A stretch of DNA of 64,000 nt from an uncultured candidate division Zixibacteria bacterium. Its GTDB lineage: Bacteria > Zixibacteria > MSB-5A5 > UBA10806 > 4484-95. Shown one piece after another: positions 27,928 through 38,845 of the stretch. The stretch covers positions 992,001-1,056,000 of the forward strand of contig CAXXKA010000008.1 in NCBI GenBank assembly GCA_963668625.2, read 5' to 3'. The stretch's first letter is position 1, and each line of letters opens with the position of its first letter. Below the pieces are notes generated by a model, which was not told the origin of the DNA, ran no database searches, and saw only the letters and a list, made by a program, of their open reading frames with translations. Position numbers and translations under genes: made by a program.

Positions 27928-30566
27928 TTTGAAAAGAACTTCGTTAGGCCCTCAATGGCATTATCGATTTTCTCGGCCGGCATAGCTCCGCGAATAGTCG
28001 GCTTACCGCCACCACGAGCTCCGGCAGCTTCGGTCATGACATCCCGGACTTTATTGATAAAACCCAGAGATGGTCCGGCGATAGCGAATTTACCATCCCC
28101 GGCGGAGATTACCAGTACCGCTTTATCATTATATTTTACTTTAAAAGTATCGATAAACGCCATCATTTCTTTAGGATTAGACATCTTAAGCTTAAATACC
28201 AGCAGTTCGCCATCACTTGAGCTAAACTCATGGTCGGGCGTTGTATCCGAGGCTTTCTGAGATATCTCTTTCTCGGCTGATTTCTGTTTATCCTTCTCGA
28301 GTTTCTTCAACGCATCCAGATAATCGGCCAGCTTGGTATCCAGACCATCTTTGCGTAAGATACGCGGATGAATCTGCGACTGTATCTCGCGTATGCTATC
28401 AACAACCTCTTTGGAGGCTTTAGCGGGCTCAGTTTTAAGCTTCTCTGAAAGCTCCGATATCAGCTTATCTTGTATTTGGAAAAACTCTTCAGATTTACTG
28501 CCTGTTATGGCCTCGATACGTCTGGTGCCGGCGGCTATGGCGCTTTCGGTCGTTATAAAGAACTTGCCGATATCCGCCGTGTTGCTGACATGCGTGCCAC
28601 CGCAAAGCTCCATCGAGAAATCACCGGATTTAACCACGCGCACGGTATCACCGTATTTCTCGCCGAATAGCGCCATTGCGCCAAGCTTCTTGGCCTCATC
28701 GAATGGGTATTCTTTCCAGCTAACCGGCAAATTCTCGGCGATTTTCTCGTTAACGATTTTCTCGACCTGCTCTATCTCCTCGTCGGTCATCCCCTGGAAA
28801 TGCGAGAAATCGAAACGCAAGCGATTGGGATCGACAAGCGAGCCCTGCTGATAAACATGATCGCCTAAGGTCAGGCGCAGCGCTTTGTGCAGTAGATGTG
28901 TAGCCGTATGGTTGCGTTTGATATCGGCACGGCGGGCGTGATCGATCTCGGCGGTGACTTCGCCCTCGTAATTTTCCGGCACATCACCTTCGATTTTTTC
29001 CGCTATATGCAGGTGCTCATCACTAAGCTTAACCGTATCGATAACTTTCAGCTTGAATTTATCAGAGGAGATAATGCCCGTGTCGCCGACCTGCCCGCCA
29101 GATTCGGCGTAGAAAGGAGTATGTTTAAGTAGCAAATGATATTCTATATGGTTATTCGGGTTGGCGATAATAGCAGGGCTTTCATATGATTCGTTATCAT
29201 AACCTACGAATTTGGAAGTATCTTTATCGTATTTCCACTTGGGATTCAATATGACCCCCACAGCATGGAACTTGCCCGACTCTTTACTGCGCTCGCGCTG
29301 TTTCTCAAGTTCGCTATTAAACGCGGTCCAGTCGATCTCCAGCCCCTTCTCATGCGCCATGATCTCGGTTAAATCAGCCGGGAAACCGTAGGTGTCGTAA
29401 AGCTTGAAAACCTCCTCACCGGGGATAACTTTGCTGCCTCGCGAGCCTGTTCTGGAAACTATATCCTCGAAACGAGCGATGCCGGTTTCGAGCGTACGCC
29501 CGAACTGCTCCTCCTCGGTTTTGATAACCAGCTCAATCTTGCCGCGCTGGGCCGAGATCTCGGGGTAAACATCCCCCATATAATCAACCAGCGGCTGCAC
29601 TATCTTATATAAAAACGGTTCGTTTAAGCCAATTTGATGTCCGTACCTGGAGCCACGCCTCAGTATCCTGCGAAGTACATAGCCACGCCCCTCATTGGAG
29701 ATATTGGCGTTATCGGCTAAGGCGAATGTCAGCGCCCGGACATGGTCGGCTATCACGCGATGAGGCACGCCCGCCGGCCCCGGATCGTAGCCTTTACCGG
29801 AAAGCTCGGCCACCTTGCCGATTAGCGGCTCGAATAAATCGGTGGAGTAGTTGGAATCGACATTCTGCATCACCATGCAGAAACGCTCCAGCCCCGCGCC
29901 GGTATCGACAGAGGGTTTGGGCAACGGCGTCATCTTGCCGGTATCATCCCGGTCGTACTGCATGAACACCAGATTCCAGATCTCCATGAACCTGTCACCC
30001 TCGCCGTTTAGCTCGCCCTCTACACCCTCGCCTCGATCGTAATGTACCTCGGAACAGGGGCCGCATGGGCCGGTGTCGCCCATCGACCAGAAATTATCCT
30101 TCTCGCCGAATCGCACAACCCGGTCGCCAAGCTCAGGGGCGATTTTGCGCCATAGCGCATCGGCATCGTCATCATCTTTGTACACGGTGGCATACAGACG
30201 TTTGGGGTCGAGGCCGAGATGTTTGGTGACAAACTCCCAGGCGAAATGTATCGCCTCCTCTTTGAAATAGTCACCGAAAGAGAAATTACCCAGCATCTCA
30301 AAAAATGTTTGATGGCGGGCGGTGAAACCTACGTTATCGAGGTCGTTATGCTTACCCCCGGCGCGGATACATTTCTGCGAGGAGGTGGCACGGTTGTAGT
30401 CACGTTTTTCGATGCCCAGGAACGTGTTTTTGAACTGCACCATCCCGGCGTTGGTAAACAATAGAGTTGGATCATCCAACGGCACCACCGGCGAGGATTT
30501 CACGCGGTGATGGTCATACTTCTCGAAATATTCGAGGAACGATTTTCTTATCTGATGTGATTTCAT
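27924..30566 (-). CDS. alaS: Alanine--tRNA ligase
   Basis: DPTLLFTNAGMVQFK, FFEMLGNFSFGDYFKEEAI, editing motifs HTATHLLH and ELCGGTH. Confidence 0.98.
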   Translation of the reverse strand: MKSHQIRKSFLEYFEKYDHHRVKSSPVVPLDDPTLLFTNAGMVQFKNTFLGIEKRDYNRATSSQKCIRAGGKHNDLDNVGFTARHQTFFEMLGNFSFGDYFKEEAIHFAWEFVTKHLGLDPKRLYATVYKDDDDADALWRKIAPELGDRVVRFGEKDNFWSMGDTGPCGPCSEVHYDRGEGVEGELNGEGDRFMEIWNLVFMQYDRDDTGKMTPLPKPSVDTGAGLERFCMVMQNVDSNYSTDLFEPLIGKVAELSGKGYDPGPAGVPHRVIADHVRALTFALADNANISNEGRGYVLRRILRRGSRYGHQIGLNEPFLYKIVQPLVDYMGDVYPEISAQRGKIELVIKTEEEQFGRTLETGIARFEDIVSRTGSRGSKVIPGEEVFKLYDTYGFPADLTEIMAHEKGLEIDWTAFNSELEKQRERSKESGKFHAVGVILNPKWKYDKDTSKFVGYDNESYESPAIIANPNNHIEYHLLLKHTPFYAESGGQVGDTGIISSDKFKLKVIDTVKLSDEHLHIAEKIEGDVPENYEGEVTAEIDHARRADIKRNHTATHLLHKALRLTLGDHVYQQGSLVDPNRLRFDFSHFQGMTDEEIEQVEKIVNEKIAENLPVSWKEYPFDEAKKLGAMALFGEKYGDTVRVVKSGDFSMELCGGTHVSNTADIGKFFITTESAIAAGTRRIEAITGSKSEEFFQIQDKLISELSEKLKTEPAKASKEVVDSIREIQSQIHPRILRKDGLDTKLADYLDALKKLEKDKQKSAEKEISQKASDTTPDHEFSSSDGELLVFKLKMSNPKEMMAFIDTFKVKYNDKAVLVISAGDGKFAIAGPSLGFINKVRDVMTEAAGARGGGKPTIRGAMPAEKIDNAIEGLTKFFSK

Positions 30567-31788
30567 AGTCTTTGTAGATAAGAAAAATCGGTTTAAAAAT
30601 CAAGTTATAAACATATTATAGATAAATTCCAACACTGTCTATTTATCTCTCCAAATCCGTGGATACCAGCTTGTATGATTCGGGTAACCATCTAACTACA
30701 TGCTTATGATTTGATGCATTTTCGGCGAACACGGGGGCATTGCCTCTTTCAACAACCTCTACTTCCACGTTTTTATCAAACTTCACCAGTATCAAAGATT
30801 CTAGATGGATTTCGGATTTTATCATCTGTTCGGAGTTATCGATATTATCAACAACCACAATAAGTGTATCGTTTTCCAATAATGAATTAGAAAGCAAATC
30901 AAGGCTGGCGACTATATGATCGGACATGCGCTGTTTTTCCCGGAAAAGATCGGATAATATCCCGATCGCGGTAAAATTGCCTGCAATATAAAATATTGTA
31001 AAAGCCAATAAAGTTTTTCTAATTCCCCAAAACTTAAATCGGCTGTTATAGAGGTTGTTTAAAAAGTAGGCAACAATCAATAACACACCGGGCACAGCTG
31101 AATACATATAGCGTGAGATTGGCCTGCCGGGGAAAATATCGAACAGGTTCAGATCCATCTTAAAAACTGACACTGTCGATAGAAACATTATTGACCATGC
31201 TCCGAAAAACAGCAAGCTCTTATTCCTACTTTTTATTAGTAGGATAAAAAATATCGGTACAACTATAGAAACAATCACTTTTATAGATTTTAATACCCAC
31301 AGATAACTTTCCGGGAACATAACCGCCGCCCTTTGGGATATTGGAACAGCGATATATCCTAGATAATACCAGATGTTCACGAAAACTTTCATATTAACTT
31401 CAATATCCTGATCAACGAAAGTTTGTGTTTTAAAATAAAAAAACAGATAAAGTGAATATAACAGTATCATGATGATAGAATAGGGTATTAATTTTAATCG
31501 AAATGAATTCTTGGAATACAAAATTACAATAGTAAAAAACAAACCAATCGTTACGAATCCTGATTCTTTAAATAAGACTGCACTGAGTCCCAAAAACAGG
31601 AGATATAAAAAGCTAATCGGACCGGGATTATCTATAAAATCAAATGTCTTTATAGCAAACAATAACGACAAAGCAGTGACCCAAAGATCACCGGAGCTGG
31701 ATATCCAAAGCAGAATGGGGGAATTCAAATAGTAGAAAGAAAACAGAAAAACAGCAGTTATTCCTACTGATTTTTTAATATTTAGTTT

Positions 31789-33054
31789 CACTAGTGTCCG
31801 GGCTTTGAGGCTGGCTTGACAGACCTCCTATAATAAGGGTGTAAACGCTAATTATAACACCTTTGTTTACAGGAGGTTAAAAATGCAAGGGAAGGTTACA
31901 ATACTTCGCCAGATAACGCAAATGATTTCTCGATACGATTTCCAAAAAGCAGTTTCGACTGGCAAAGGGCGGCATTTCACGGTTTCTTTCGGCTACTGGT
32001 CGCACCTGGTGGCGATGATATTCGGGCAATTATCGGAGCAGCAATCGCTGCGTGATCTGGTCTTGAATCTTTCCCGTCAGGCGCATAGGTTTTACCATCT
32101 GGGTATGTCAAAGATACGCCGTTCGACTTTTTCGGATGCCAACAATCATCGGCCCTCGGCAATATACGAGAACTTGTTTTACATATTATTGAATCGTTAC
32201 GGTTGTCATTTTCAAGGCAAAAACCGGAAGCTGGGGAATAAATTATACTCAGTTGATTCGACGGTCATAGATTTGTGTCTGGGGTTATTTTATTGGGCTA
32301 AATTCAGAACGACCAAGGCCGGTGTCAAGCTTCATGTCAGGTTAAACCATGATGGTTACATCCCTGATTTTGCGGTTGTCACCAATGCCAATATTCATGA
32401 TTCCAGAGTCAGGAAGATGTTCAATTTACCGGCTGGCAGTATCGTGACTTTCGACAAAGGCTACAATGACTACAGTCTTTTCAAGTTATTAAATGATAAG
32501 GGGATAATCTTTGTCACGCGGCAGAAGAATAACGCTAAATACAAAGTAATCAAACGGTGTAGAACTAATCGTAAGCAAGGAGTCACCTCCGATCATTGGA
32601 TTGAATTTACCGGTTTTTACTCCAAGCAAAAATGTTCGATTAGGCTGAGACGAATCCGTTATATCGATAAAGAAACCGGTAAAGTTTATGTATTCCTGAC
32701 CAATGATTTCAAACATGCCGCCTCGACTATTGCCGACATTTATAAGCAGCGCTGGCAGATAGAATTGTTTTTTAAAGCGTTAAAACAGAACCTTGTGATC
32801 AAGACTTTCTGGGGTACCTCCAAGAACGCAGTATATTCCCAGATCTGGGTGGCTTTGATAATCTATTTGTTAATGAGCGCGCTGAAATACAAATACAAAA
32901 TATCGGCCTCAGTTGGAAAGTTAATTCAGAGAATCCGGTCATTCGTGTTTGAAAAAGATGATGTCCTGAGATTCCTTAAAGACCAAATACCAATCCCAAT
33001 ACAAATCGCTCAAACATCTCAAATTAACCTGTCCCTAAAGGCCGGACACTAGTG
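31789..33054 (+). mobile_element. Complete IS4-family element, 1266 bp, with 9-bp target duplication
   Basis: Terminal IR CACTAGTGTCCGG...CCGGACACTAGTG; ATTTAGTTT at 31780-31788 and 33055-33063. Confidence 0.92.
31883..33052 (+). CDS. IS4-family transposase (DUF4372 plus DDE)
   Basis: VDSTVI, FDKGY, YKQRWQIELFFKALKQ (YREK motif). Confidence 0.93.
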   Translation: MQGKVTILRQITQMISRYDFQKAVSTGKGRHFTVSFGYWSHLVAMIFGQLSEQQSLRDLVLNLSRQAHRFYHLGMSKIRRSTFSDANNHRPSAIYENLFYILLNRYGCHFQGKNRKLGNKLYSVDSTVIDLCLGLFYWAKFRTTKAGVKLHVRLNHDGYIPDFAVVTNANIHDSRVRKMFNLPAGSIVTFDKGYNDYSLFKLLNDKGIIFVTRQKNNAKYKVIKRCRTNRKQGVTSDHWIEFTGFYSKQKCSIRLRRIRYIDKETGKVYVFLTNDFKHAASTIADIYKQRWQIELFFKALKQNLVIKTFWGTSKNAVYSQIWVALIIYLLMSALKYKYKISASVGKLIQRIRSFVFEKDDVLRFLKDQIPIPIQIAQTSQINLSLKAGH

Positions 33055-33592
33055 ATTTAGTTTATCTGTCAATTTCCAGAAGAGATAAACATTAGCTGCA
33101 TGCAATAAAATACTCATGAAACTATGAAAGTAAGCGTTAACGCCGAATATAAAATACCATAGGAAATTAGCCCACAAACTCAAAGGCCTGAAATAACCGT
33201 AAATAATGCTTCTTTGAAAGAATATCTCCGGATTACTTAATGCTATCTTGGAATAAGATAAACACAACCAATCATCTCCTATAAATTGACGGCTTAAAAA
33301 CGGCAGATAAAATACGATAGCTAGTGAAACGATAAAATAAACAGCATGCTTTTCTACACTTAGTGTTTTCATTAGAGAGCCTCTCCAATCTCCGGAATAC
33401 ACCGATAAAGCAAGATTATAATTCAGGTATTTTTCAACACCATGTTATAGAGAATGTAAGGCGCGTTCTTTCTACTATAGTATAAGTGTTAACAATAGTC
33501 GATTTATGTATGATATTATAATTCGGTATTTCCCGTACCGATTCCGCACTATTATAATTGCATAAAGGAAAACTCGGATGCGAGAAATAAAT

Positions 33593-35851
33593 TTATCTGT
33601 TCAAAACCTCGAGCGCGGCATATTTGGGCATAATCTTTTTCACCGAGGTCTTGAACTGAATCGTAAGCATCATGTTCTCGCCTCGCCCTTCTTTGTCGAC
33701 TATCCTGCCGACACCGAACTTAGCGTGTGATACTGTCAGCCCGACTTTCAGCATACCATCGATACCAGACTCGTCCTCATCGTATATATCTACATCGAGA
33801 TAGCTGGGTTTCTTTTTCGGCTTTTTCTGCCTCGTGGAAAAACCGCTCAATCGATTGGTGACATTCCGGGCCATACCGCCGTTTTCGTAATAGTTGATTT
33901 TCTCGACCTCTAAAAGTTCCTCGGGAATATCGCTCAAAAAACATGAGGGGGAGGTAATATTTGGGCCGTCAAAACGGCGACGGAATCCCGCCATCGAAAG
34001 ATAGAGTTTGCTCATGGCGCGAGTTATCCCCACATAACACAGACGTCGCTCCTCCTCCAATTCAGAATCGGCCGAGAAAAGAGTTTGCTCTCGTAGCAAT
34101 GGGAAAAGGCCTTGCTCCATACCGGTAAGAAACACGGTATCGAACTCTAGACCTTTGGCCGCGTGCAAAGTCATCAAGACAACCGCGCCCTCACTTCGGT
34201 TCATCTTATCCACCTCGCTGATCAGCGCCACCTCCTCGAGGAATCCTCTCAGTCCCGAATCGCGATCGGAGTCGGTTTCCTCCTGGGCGCGAATAGCGAA
34301 AGCGCTGACAGCATTAACCATCTCCCGCACGTTCTCCAGCCGGACATCGGATTCCGGCGTATCCTCGGTCTCGAGCATCCTGAGATAACCGGTCTGATCG
34401 ATAAGCTGACGGACTAAATCATCCGGCGGAATATCATCGACTTTAGCCGCTAATTGAGTCATCACTTTATTCATTTTGGATAGCTCGGCGCCTGCTTTGC
34501 CTTTCAAGTCGACTAAGTCGAGATTACCCAGTAATTCGAAAGCAGGGCGATCCAACGCGGTAGCGGTAGCCAGGATTTTATCGACCGACACTTTGCCAAC
34601 ACCGCGACGGGGAACGTTTATAATACGCAATAACGCCTCGTTATCGGACGGGTTCACTAGCAACCGCAGGTAAGCGATGATATCCTTGATCTCTTTGCGC
34701 TCGTAAAACTTGGTGCCGCCTACGATCATATATGGTATACCCGAGTCTCTCAAGGCATCCTCGATTGACCGCGATTGTGAATGAGTACGATACATTATGG
34801 CGAAATCCGAGGGGGATTTATCCTCGGCAATCGAGTATTTTATTCTTTTAGTGATAGTCTCCGACTCGTCGCGTTCATCCCCGCACATTAGCAGGGTTAT
34901 CTTATCCCCGCCCTGGCGTTCGGTGAATAGCTTTTTGGATTTGCGGCCGATATTTTTGGATATCACCGCGTGCGAGGCATCCAGTATGATATTCGTAGAA
35001 CGATAATTTTGCTCCAGCTTTACTACTTTACAGCCGGGATTATCGCTTTCGAAATTCAGGATATTGGATATATCCGCGCCGCGCCATCCGTAAATTGATT
35101 GATCATCATCACCGACAACACAAATATTTTTAGTCTCGCCGGCCAATAATTTCACCAGCATATACTGGGAATGGTTGGTATCCTGGTACTCATCAACCAT
35201 GAGGTATTTATAGTGTTCGTTATAAAGCTTGCGGACCTCGGGAAACTGCTGCAGGAGTTTGACCATCTCGAACAGGAGATCATCGAAATCGAGCGCGTTA
35301 TTTTTTTTCAACTGCTTCTGGTATTCGACATATATACGGGCAATGTTGTTTATGATATAATCATCCGCCGCCTCGAGGTATTCATCGGGACCGACAAGCC
35401 TGTCTTTGGCTTTCGAGATGGCATTCTGGGCGTGACTGTGAGTCGGCTGATCCTCCGGGGTACCCAATTTCTTGATGATACGTTTGATCAGAGCTTTGCT
35501 GTCGGAGGAATCATAAATGGTGAAATCGCGTTTGAAACCGAGTATTTCTGCGTGATGTCGTAGCTGACGAGCGCAGAACGAATGGAACGTGGAGAGATTC
35601 GCGAACCGGCCGCTGCCGCCCAGTAGACTGATTACACGTTCTTTCATTTCACCGGCGGCTTTATTAGTGAAAGTAACACCCAGTATCCGATCCGGGCGTG
35701 CCAGGCCATTGGTAACAATATGGGCAATGCGATGCGTAATCACGCGGGTTTTGCCGGAGCCCGCACCGGCCAACACTAACAGAGGTCCCTCGGTGTGGGT
35801 GACGGCCTCGTGTTGCGCGGGATTTAATCCTTGAAGATGCTTATCATTCAT
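33593..35851 (-). CDS. pcrA: ATP-dependent DNA helicase PcrA/UvrD
   Basis: AGAGSGKT, VDEYQDTN, VGDDDQSIYGWRGA, EEERRLCYVGITRA, C-terminal Tudor-like HAKFGVG. Confidence 0.95.
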   Translation of the reverse strand: MNDKHLQGLNPAQHEAVTHTEGPLLVLAGAGSGKTRVITHRIAHIVTNGLARPDRILGVTFTNKAAGEMKERVISLLGGSGRFANLSTFHSFCARQLRHHAEILGFKRDFTIYDSSDSKALIKRIIKKLGTPEDQPTHSHAQNAISKAKDRLVGPDEYLEAADDYIINNIARIYVEYQKQLKKNNALDFDDLLFEMVKLLQQFPEVRKLYNEHYKYLMVDEYQDTNHSQYMLVKLLAGETKNICVVGDDDQSIYGWRGADISNILNFESDNPGCKVVKLEQNYRSTNIILDASHAVISKNIGRKSKKLFTERQGGDKITLLMCGDERDESETITKRIKYSIAEDKSPSDFAIMYRTHSQSRSIEDALRDSGIPYMIVGGTKFYERKEIKDIIAYLRLLVNPSDNEALLRIINVPRRGVGKVSVDKILATATALDRPAFELLGNLDLVDLKGKAGAELSKMNKVMTQLAAKVDDIPPDDLVRQLIDQTGYLRMLETEDTPESDVRLENVREMVNAVSAFAIRAQEETDSDRDSGLRGFLEEVALISEVDKMNRSEGAVVLMTLHAAKGLEFDTVFLTGMEQGLFPLLREQTLFSADSELEEERRLCYVGITRAMSKLYLSMAGFRRRFDGPNITSPSCFLSDIPEELLEVEKINYYENGGMARNVTNRLSGFSTRQKKPKKKPSYLDVDIYDEDESGIDGMLKVGLTVSHAKFGVGRIVDKEGRGENMMLTIQFKTSVKKIMPKYAALEVLNR

Positions 35852-35936
35852 AGCGTGCCAATATATATGAAATTTCTTTTTATGGAAATGGTTTATGAAA
35901 AAAAATAATAATATATACGATTATGAACAACCGTCT

Positions 35937-37400
35937 TTACTTTATCAGTATCATGCGACGGGTATTAGTATAATCGCGACTTGTCATCCTGTAGAAATAC
36001 GAACCGGATGCAACCGGTTTACCCGATTGTGCCCGACCATTCCAATCGAACGCGTAATGTCCCGGCAATTTATACTCATCCAATACCGTTTTTACGAGTT
36101 GTCCCCGGATATTAAATATCCGTATCAGCACCGGCCCGGCTTTCGAAACATTATAAGATATTTTTGTAGAACCATTGAACGGATTAGGATAATTTGCCTC
36201 GAGGGAGGTGGCAACAGGCAAAGAATTTCCCGTAACACCTACATCATTTAATATATCATCCAAAGCGGTTATGAAACTCTCCATCTCGGTCATGGTACCG
36301 GTGGATACCCTGATATGATTCTGCAGTCCCCAGCCGGTTCGCACACTCACGCCTCGTTGGTTGAGTAAATTGGCCAATTGAGCCGAATCGAATTCGGTTT
36401 CAAGTAAAAAGAAATTAGTTTGCGAGGGCACATATCTCATCTCGTTCTGATCGAAATAATCGAAACAGTAGGCTTTGGCCTCGTTATTTAGCGTAACCGT
36501 ATTATCTATATGTTCCTGATCCTCGAGCGCGGCGATAGCTGCAGCTTGCGACAGCCTCGTAATCGAGGCGTATATCAGCCACGATTGCATCTGCGAGATC
36601 AACTCTTGCCTTCCGATAGCATAACCGATACGCAATCCTGCCAGACCGTATACTTTTGAAAACGTTCTTATAACGATGACTTTCCGATCATCCTGAACTA
36701 ACCGTATTGCGGTCTCATACGAGGGATCATCCACGTACTCGTGATACGCCTCATCGATAATGGCAACGACCTGCGAGGGCAAGTTATCGACAAAATCCTC
36801 GATATCATCGGCGGAAAGTACCCTGCCGGTCGGATTGTTGGGATTAGTAATAATCACCGCCTGGGTAGAGCTATCCACTCGGGAGGCCATATCATCCAGA
36901 TCGATATCGTAATTACCATCGAGATAAGAATAATGGATATCAGCGCCTATCAAATCGGCATCCGAGGGGAACTGGCTGTATGAGGGATAGGGTGAAACTA
37001 TATTATTGCCGCCGGTAATAAAAGACAGAGCCGCCAGGCGCAGGATTTCGGTGGCGCCACAACCGGCTATCACCTGGCCAGAGTTAACATCATGACTATT
37101 GGCCAGATAGTTTTTAAGCCCGCCGGCATACCAGTCGGGGTAGCGATGGCTCATATCGATATTGTCGGAAATCGCTTGCATCGCCAGCGGAGATGGCCCC
37201 AGCGAGTTCTCGTTATAACAGAGCCTGTTAACATAATCGGTTAATACCGGGAAATCATCCCGTCCGGTGTGATTCTCGGAAAAAATCGGCGCGGTATTAA
37301 ATAGCGAAAAGGCGGCGCTTCCAGCAACCAGCCCTAAAAACTTACGCCTCGATAACTCTTCCCTGATATTACCGGTGGTGTGTTTCTTATCCATATACAC
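35937..37400 (-). CDS. HisC-like class I/II PLP aminotransferase with Tat signal and C-terminal FlgD-Ig/T9SS-type sorting domain
   Basis: SRRKFLG twin-arginine signal; NPNNPTG, DEAY, RTFSKVYGLAGLRIGY; tail ANYPNPFNG...SGSYFYRM...MILIK. Confidence 0.85.
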   Translation of the reverse strand: MYMDKKHTTGNIREELSRRKFLGLVAGSAAFSLFNTAPIFSENHTGRDDFPVLTDYVNRLCYNENSLGPSPLAMQAISDNIDMSHRYPDWYAGGLKNYLANSHDVNSGQVIAGCGATEILRLAALSFITGGNNIVSPYPSYSQFPSDADLIGADIHYSYLDGNYDIDLDDMASRVDSSTQAVIITNPNNPTGRVLSADDIEDFVDNLPSQVVAIIDEAYHEYVDDPSYETAIRLVQDDRKVIVIRTFSKVYGLAGLRIGYAIGRQELISQMQSWLIYASITRLSQAAAIAALEDQEHIDNTVTLNNEAKAYCFDYFDQNEMRYVPSQTNFFLLETEFDSAQLANLLNQRGVSVRTGWGLQNHIRVSTGTMTEMESFITALDDILNDVGVTGNSLPVATSLEANYPNPFNGSTKISYNVSKAGPVLIRIFNIRGQLVKTVLDEYKLPGHYAFDWNGRAQSGKPVASGSYFYRMTSRDYTNTRRMILIK

Positions 37401-37520
37401 CTCCGTAAAATAAATAGATAATACTGACTATGTCCTGTTATATAACAAGTTACCAGTCGTTAAAATATAACATTTTCGGGGAAATAGTCAAGATATATGC
37501 CGATATAGTAAAAGAAGTGC

Positions 37521-37548
37521 TTGACAATCGGGTTTTTAGAAATAAATT
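37521..37548 (+). promoter_or_regulatory. tRNA-Met promoter
   Basis: TTGACA-N16-TAAATT, 11 nt upstream of the tRNA. Confidence 0.6.
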
Positions 37549-37559
37549 TGTGTGTCTGT

Positions 37560-37633
37560 GGCGGAGTAGCTCAGTCGGTTAGAGCAGAGGAATCATAATC
37601 CTCGTGTCCGGGGTTCAAGTCCCTGCTCCGCTA
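37560..37633 (+). tRNA. tRNA-Met (CAT; probably elongator, Ile2 not excluded); integration site (attL)
   Basis: GGCGGAGTAGCTCAGTCGGTTAGAGCAGAGGAATCATAATCCTCGTGTCCGGGGTTCAAGTCCCTGCTCCGCTA. Confidence 0.93.
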
Positions 37634-37789
37634 CTTTTTATCTTGCTGAACGACAATATGTTATAGGCCTCCTTCTTCAGGTTGGATTTATCACTTTTTA
37701 TCCCACGGTAACATAGCGGTAACAAAATAGCTAAAAAAAGACCGCCCAAATACAAGGGCGGTCAACTTAATACTATATCGGCTACTGTA

Positions 37790-38845
37790 CTAATACGGGA
37801 GTTTACTTAGCATTTCGTCTTTGTGATCAGGTGCCAAATGTGAGTATATCATTGTCGTCTCAATCTGGGCATGTCCAAGAAGCTTTTGCAACGTGAATAT
37901 TGGCACATTAACCATTGCCAAATGGCTGGCAAACGTATGCCTGAATGTATGGCATGTAGCCCACGGCAGGCCTATCGAAGTGAGAGTCTTTGATATGAAT
38001 CTGCCTACCCACCATTCTCGCCACTGCGGTTGCTCCTTGCCATGGCTATCAAATGGCCCAAACACTTTACCATCGCTTCTTCGCTTCATCGATTTCAACA
38101 TGTCCCGAAGTCCCGGTGAGTACTTGAATGGTAGTATACGATTACGTTTACCCTTGGCATTGATCCCTCTTATGACAAGCTGGTTTCTTTTAAAATCGAT
38201 ATCGTCCCAGGTTAACGAAAGCGCTTCACCTAACCGTGTTCCAGTACCCAGATAGAAATCAACTAACTCCGCAAAGGATGTATCCTTAAATTTATCCTTC
38301 ACCCTGCTGATCTCTTCCAAGCTCAGGTATCGTGGGTACTCTGACTGCGGCACTCTAATGTACCGGATTTTATCTAACGGGTTTTTATCCAGCATCTCCC
38401 ATCGGACAGCTGTATTAAATGCAACTTTCAGATGACGGAATTCGAGGTTTACGGTTGATGGCGCAATTCCATTATCTAATCTGTGTTTCCGATAGTTCTC
38501 CATCGTCAAAGGCCGTATCGAACGGATTTCCTTATTACCAACAAATTCAAGCAAATGCTGAAGTATTCTACGTTCACGTATTACCGTACGTGGTGCCTTC
38601 ACCTGATTTGAATGATCCAAATACTCATCGATAAACTGACTCAACTTTATAACCTCATCATTCGACTCAATTGGTTTTCCCTCAGCCAATAGAGAGCAAA
38701 CTTGATGAAAGACTTTATCAGCGGTACGTTTATCACAATTGCCGATTTTAAAGGTTTTCTGCACACCATTCTCCCAATAAAAGATCCGCCAACAGTGCTT
38801 ACCAGATTTATACTTCCGCTTAACCAGAGAAGGCACCTCAATCAC
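37790..38845 (-). CDS. Tyrosine recombinase/integrase
   Basis: TGTRLGE (R), AKGK (K), HTFRHTFAS (HxxR), LLGH, TMIY (Y). Confidence 0.95.
   Translation of the reverse strand: MIEVPSLVKRKYKSGKHCWRIFYWENGVQKTFKIGNCDKRTADKVFHQVCSLLAEGKPIESNDEVIKLSQFIDEYLDHSNQVKAPRTVIRERRILQHLLEFVGNKEIRSIRPLTMENYRKHRLDNGIAPSTVNLEFRHLKVAFNTAVRWEMLDKNPLDKIRYIRVPQSEYPRYLSLEEISRVKDKFKDTSFAELVDFYLGTGTRLGEALSLTWDDIDFKRNQLVIRGINAKGKRNRILPFKYSPGLRDMLKSMKRRSDGKVFGPFDSHGKEQPQWREWWVGRFISKTLTSIGLPWATCHTFRHTFASHLAMVNVPIFTLQKLLGHAQIETTMIYSHLAPDHKDEMLSKLPY

Larger units (their letters stand above)
30643..33372 (-). pseudogene. Polytopic membrane protein (GT-C/PMT-like glycosyltransferase) interrupted by IS4
   Basis: 5' part has FIGDDW...YFRPL...LLHAAN, 3' part has LFKESG; removing the IS and one target duplication gives the in-frame join WKLTDKLNIKKSVG. 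Confidence 0.8.

Noticed and set aside
35937-37400. Housekeeping hisC
   Set aside because: Export signal, C-terminal tail and absence of other his genes; symbol withheld
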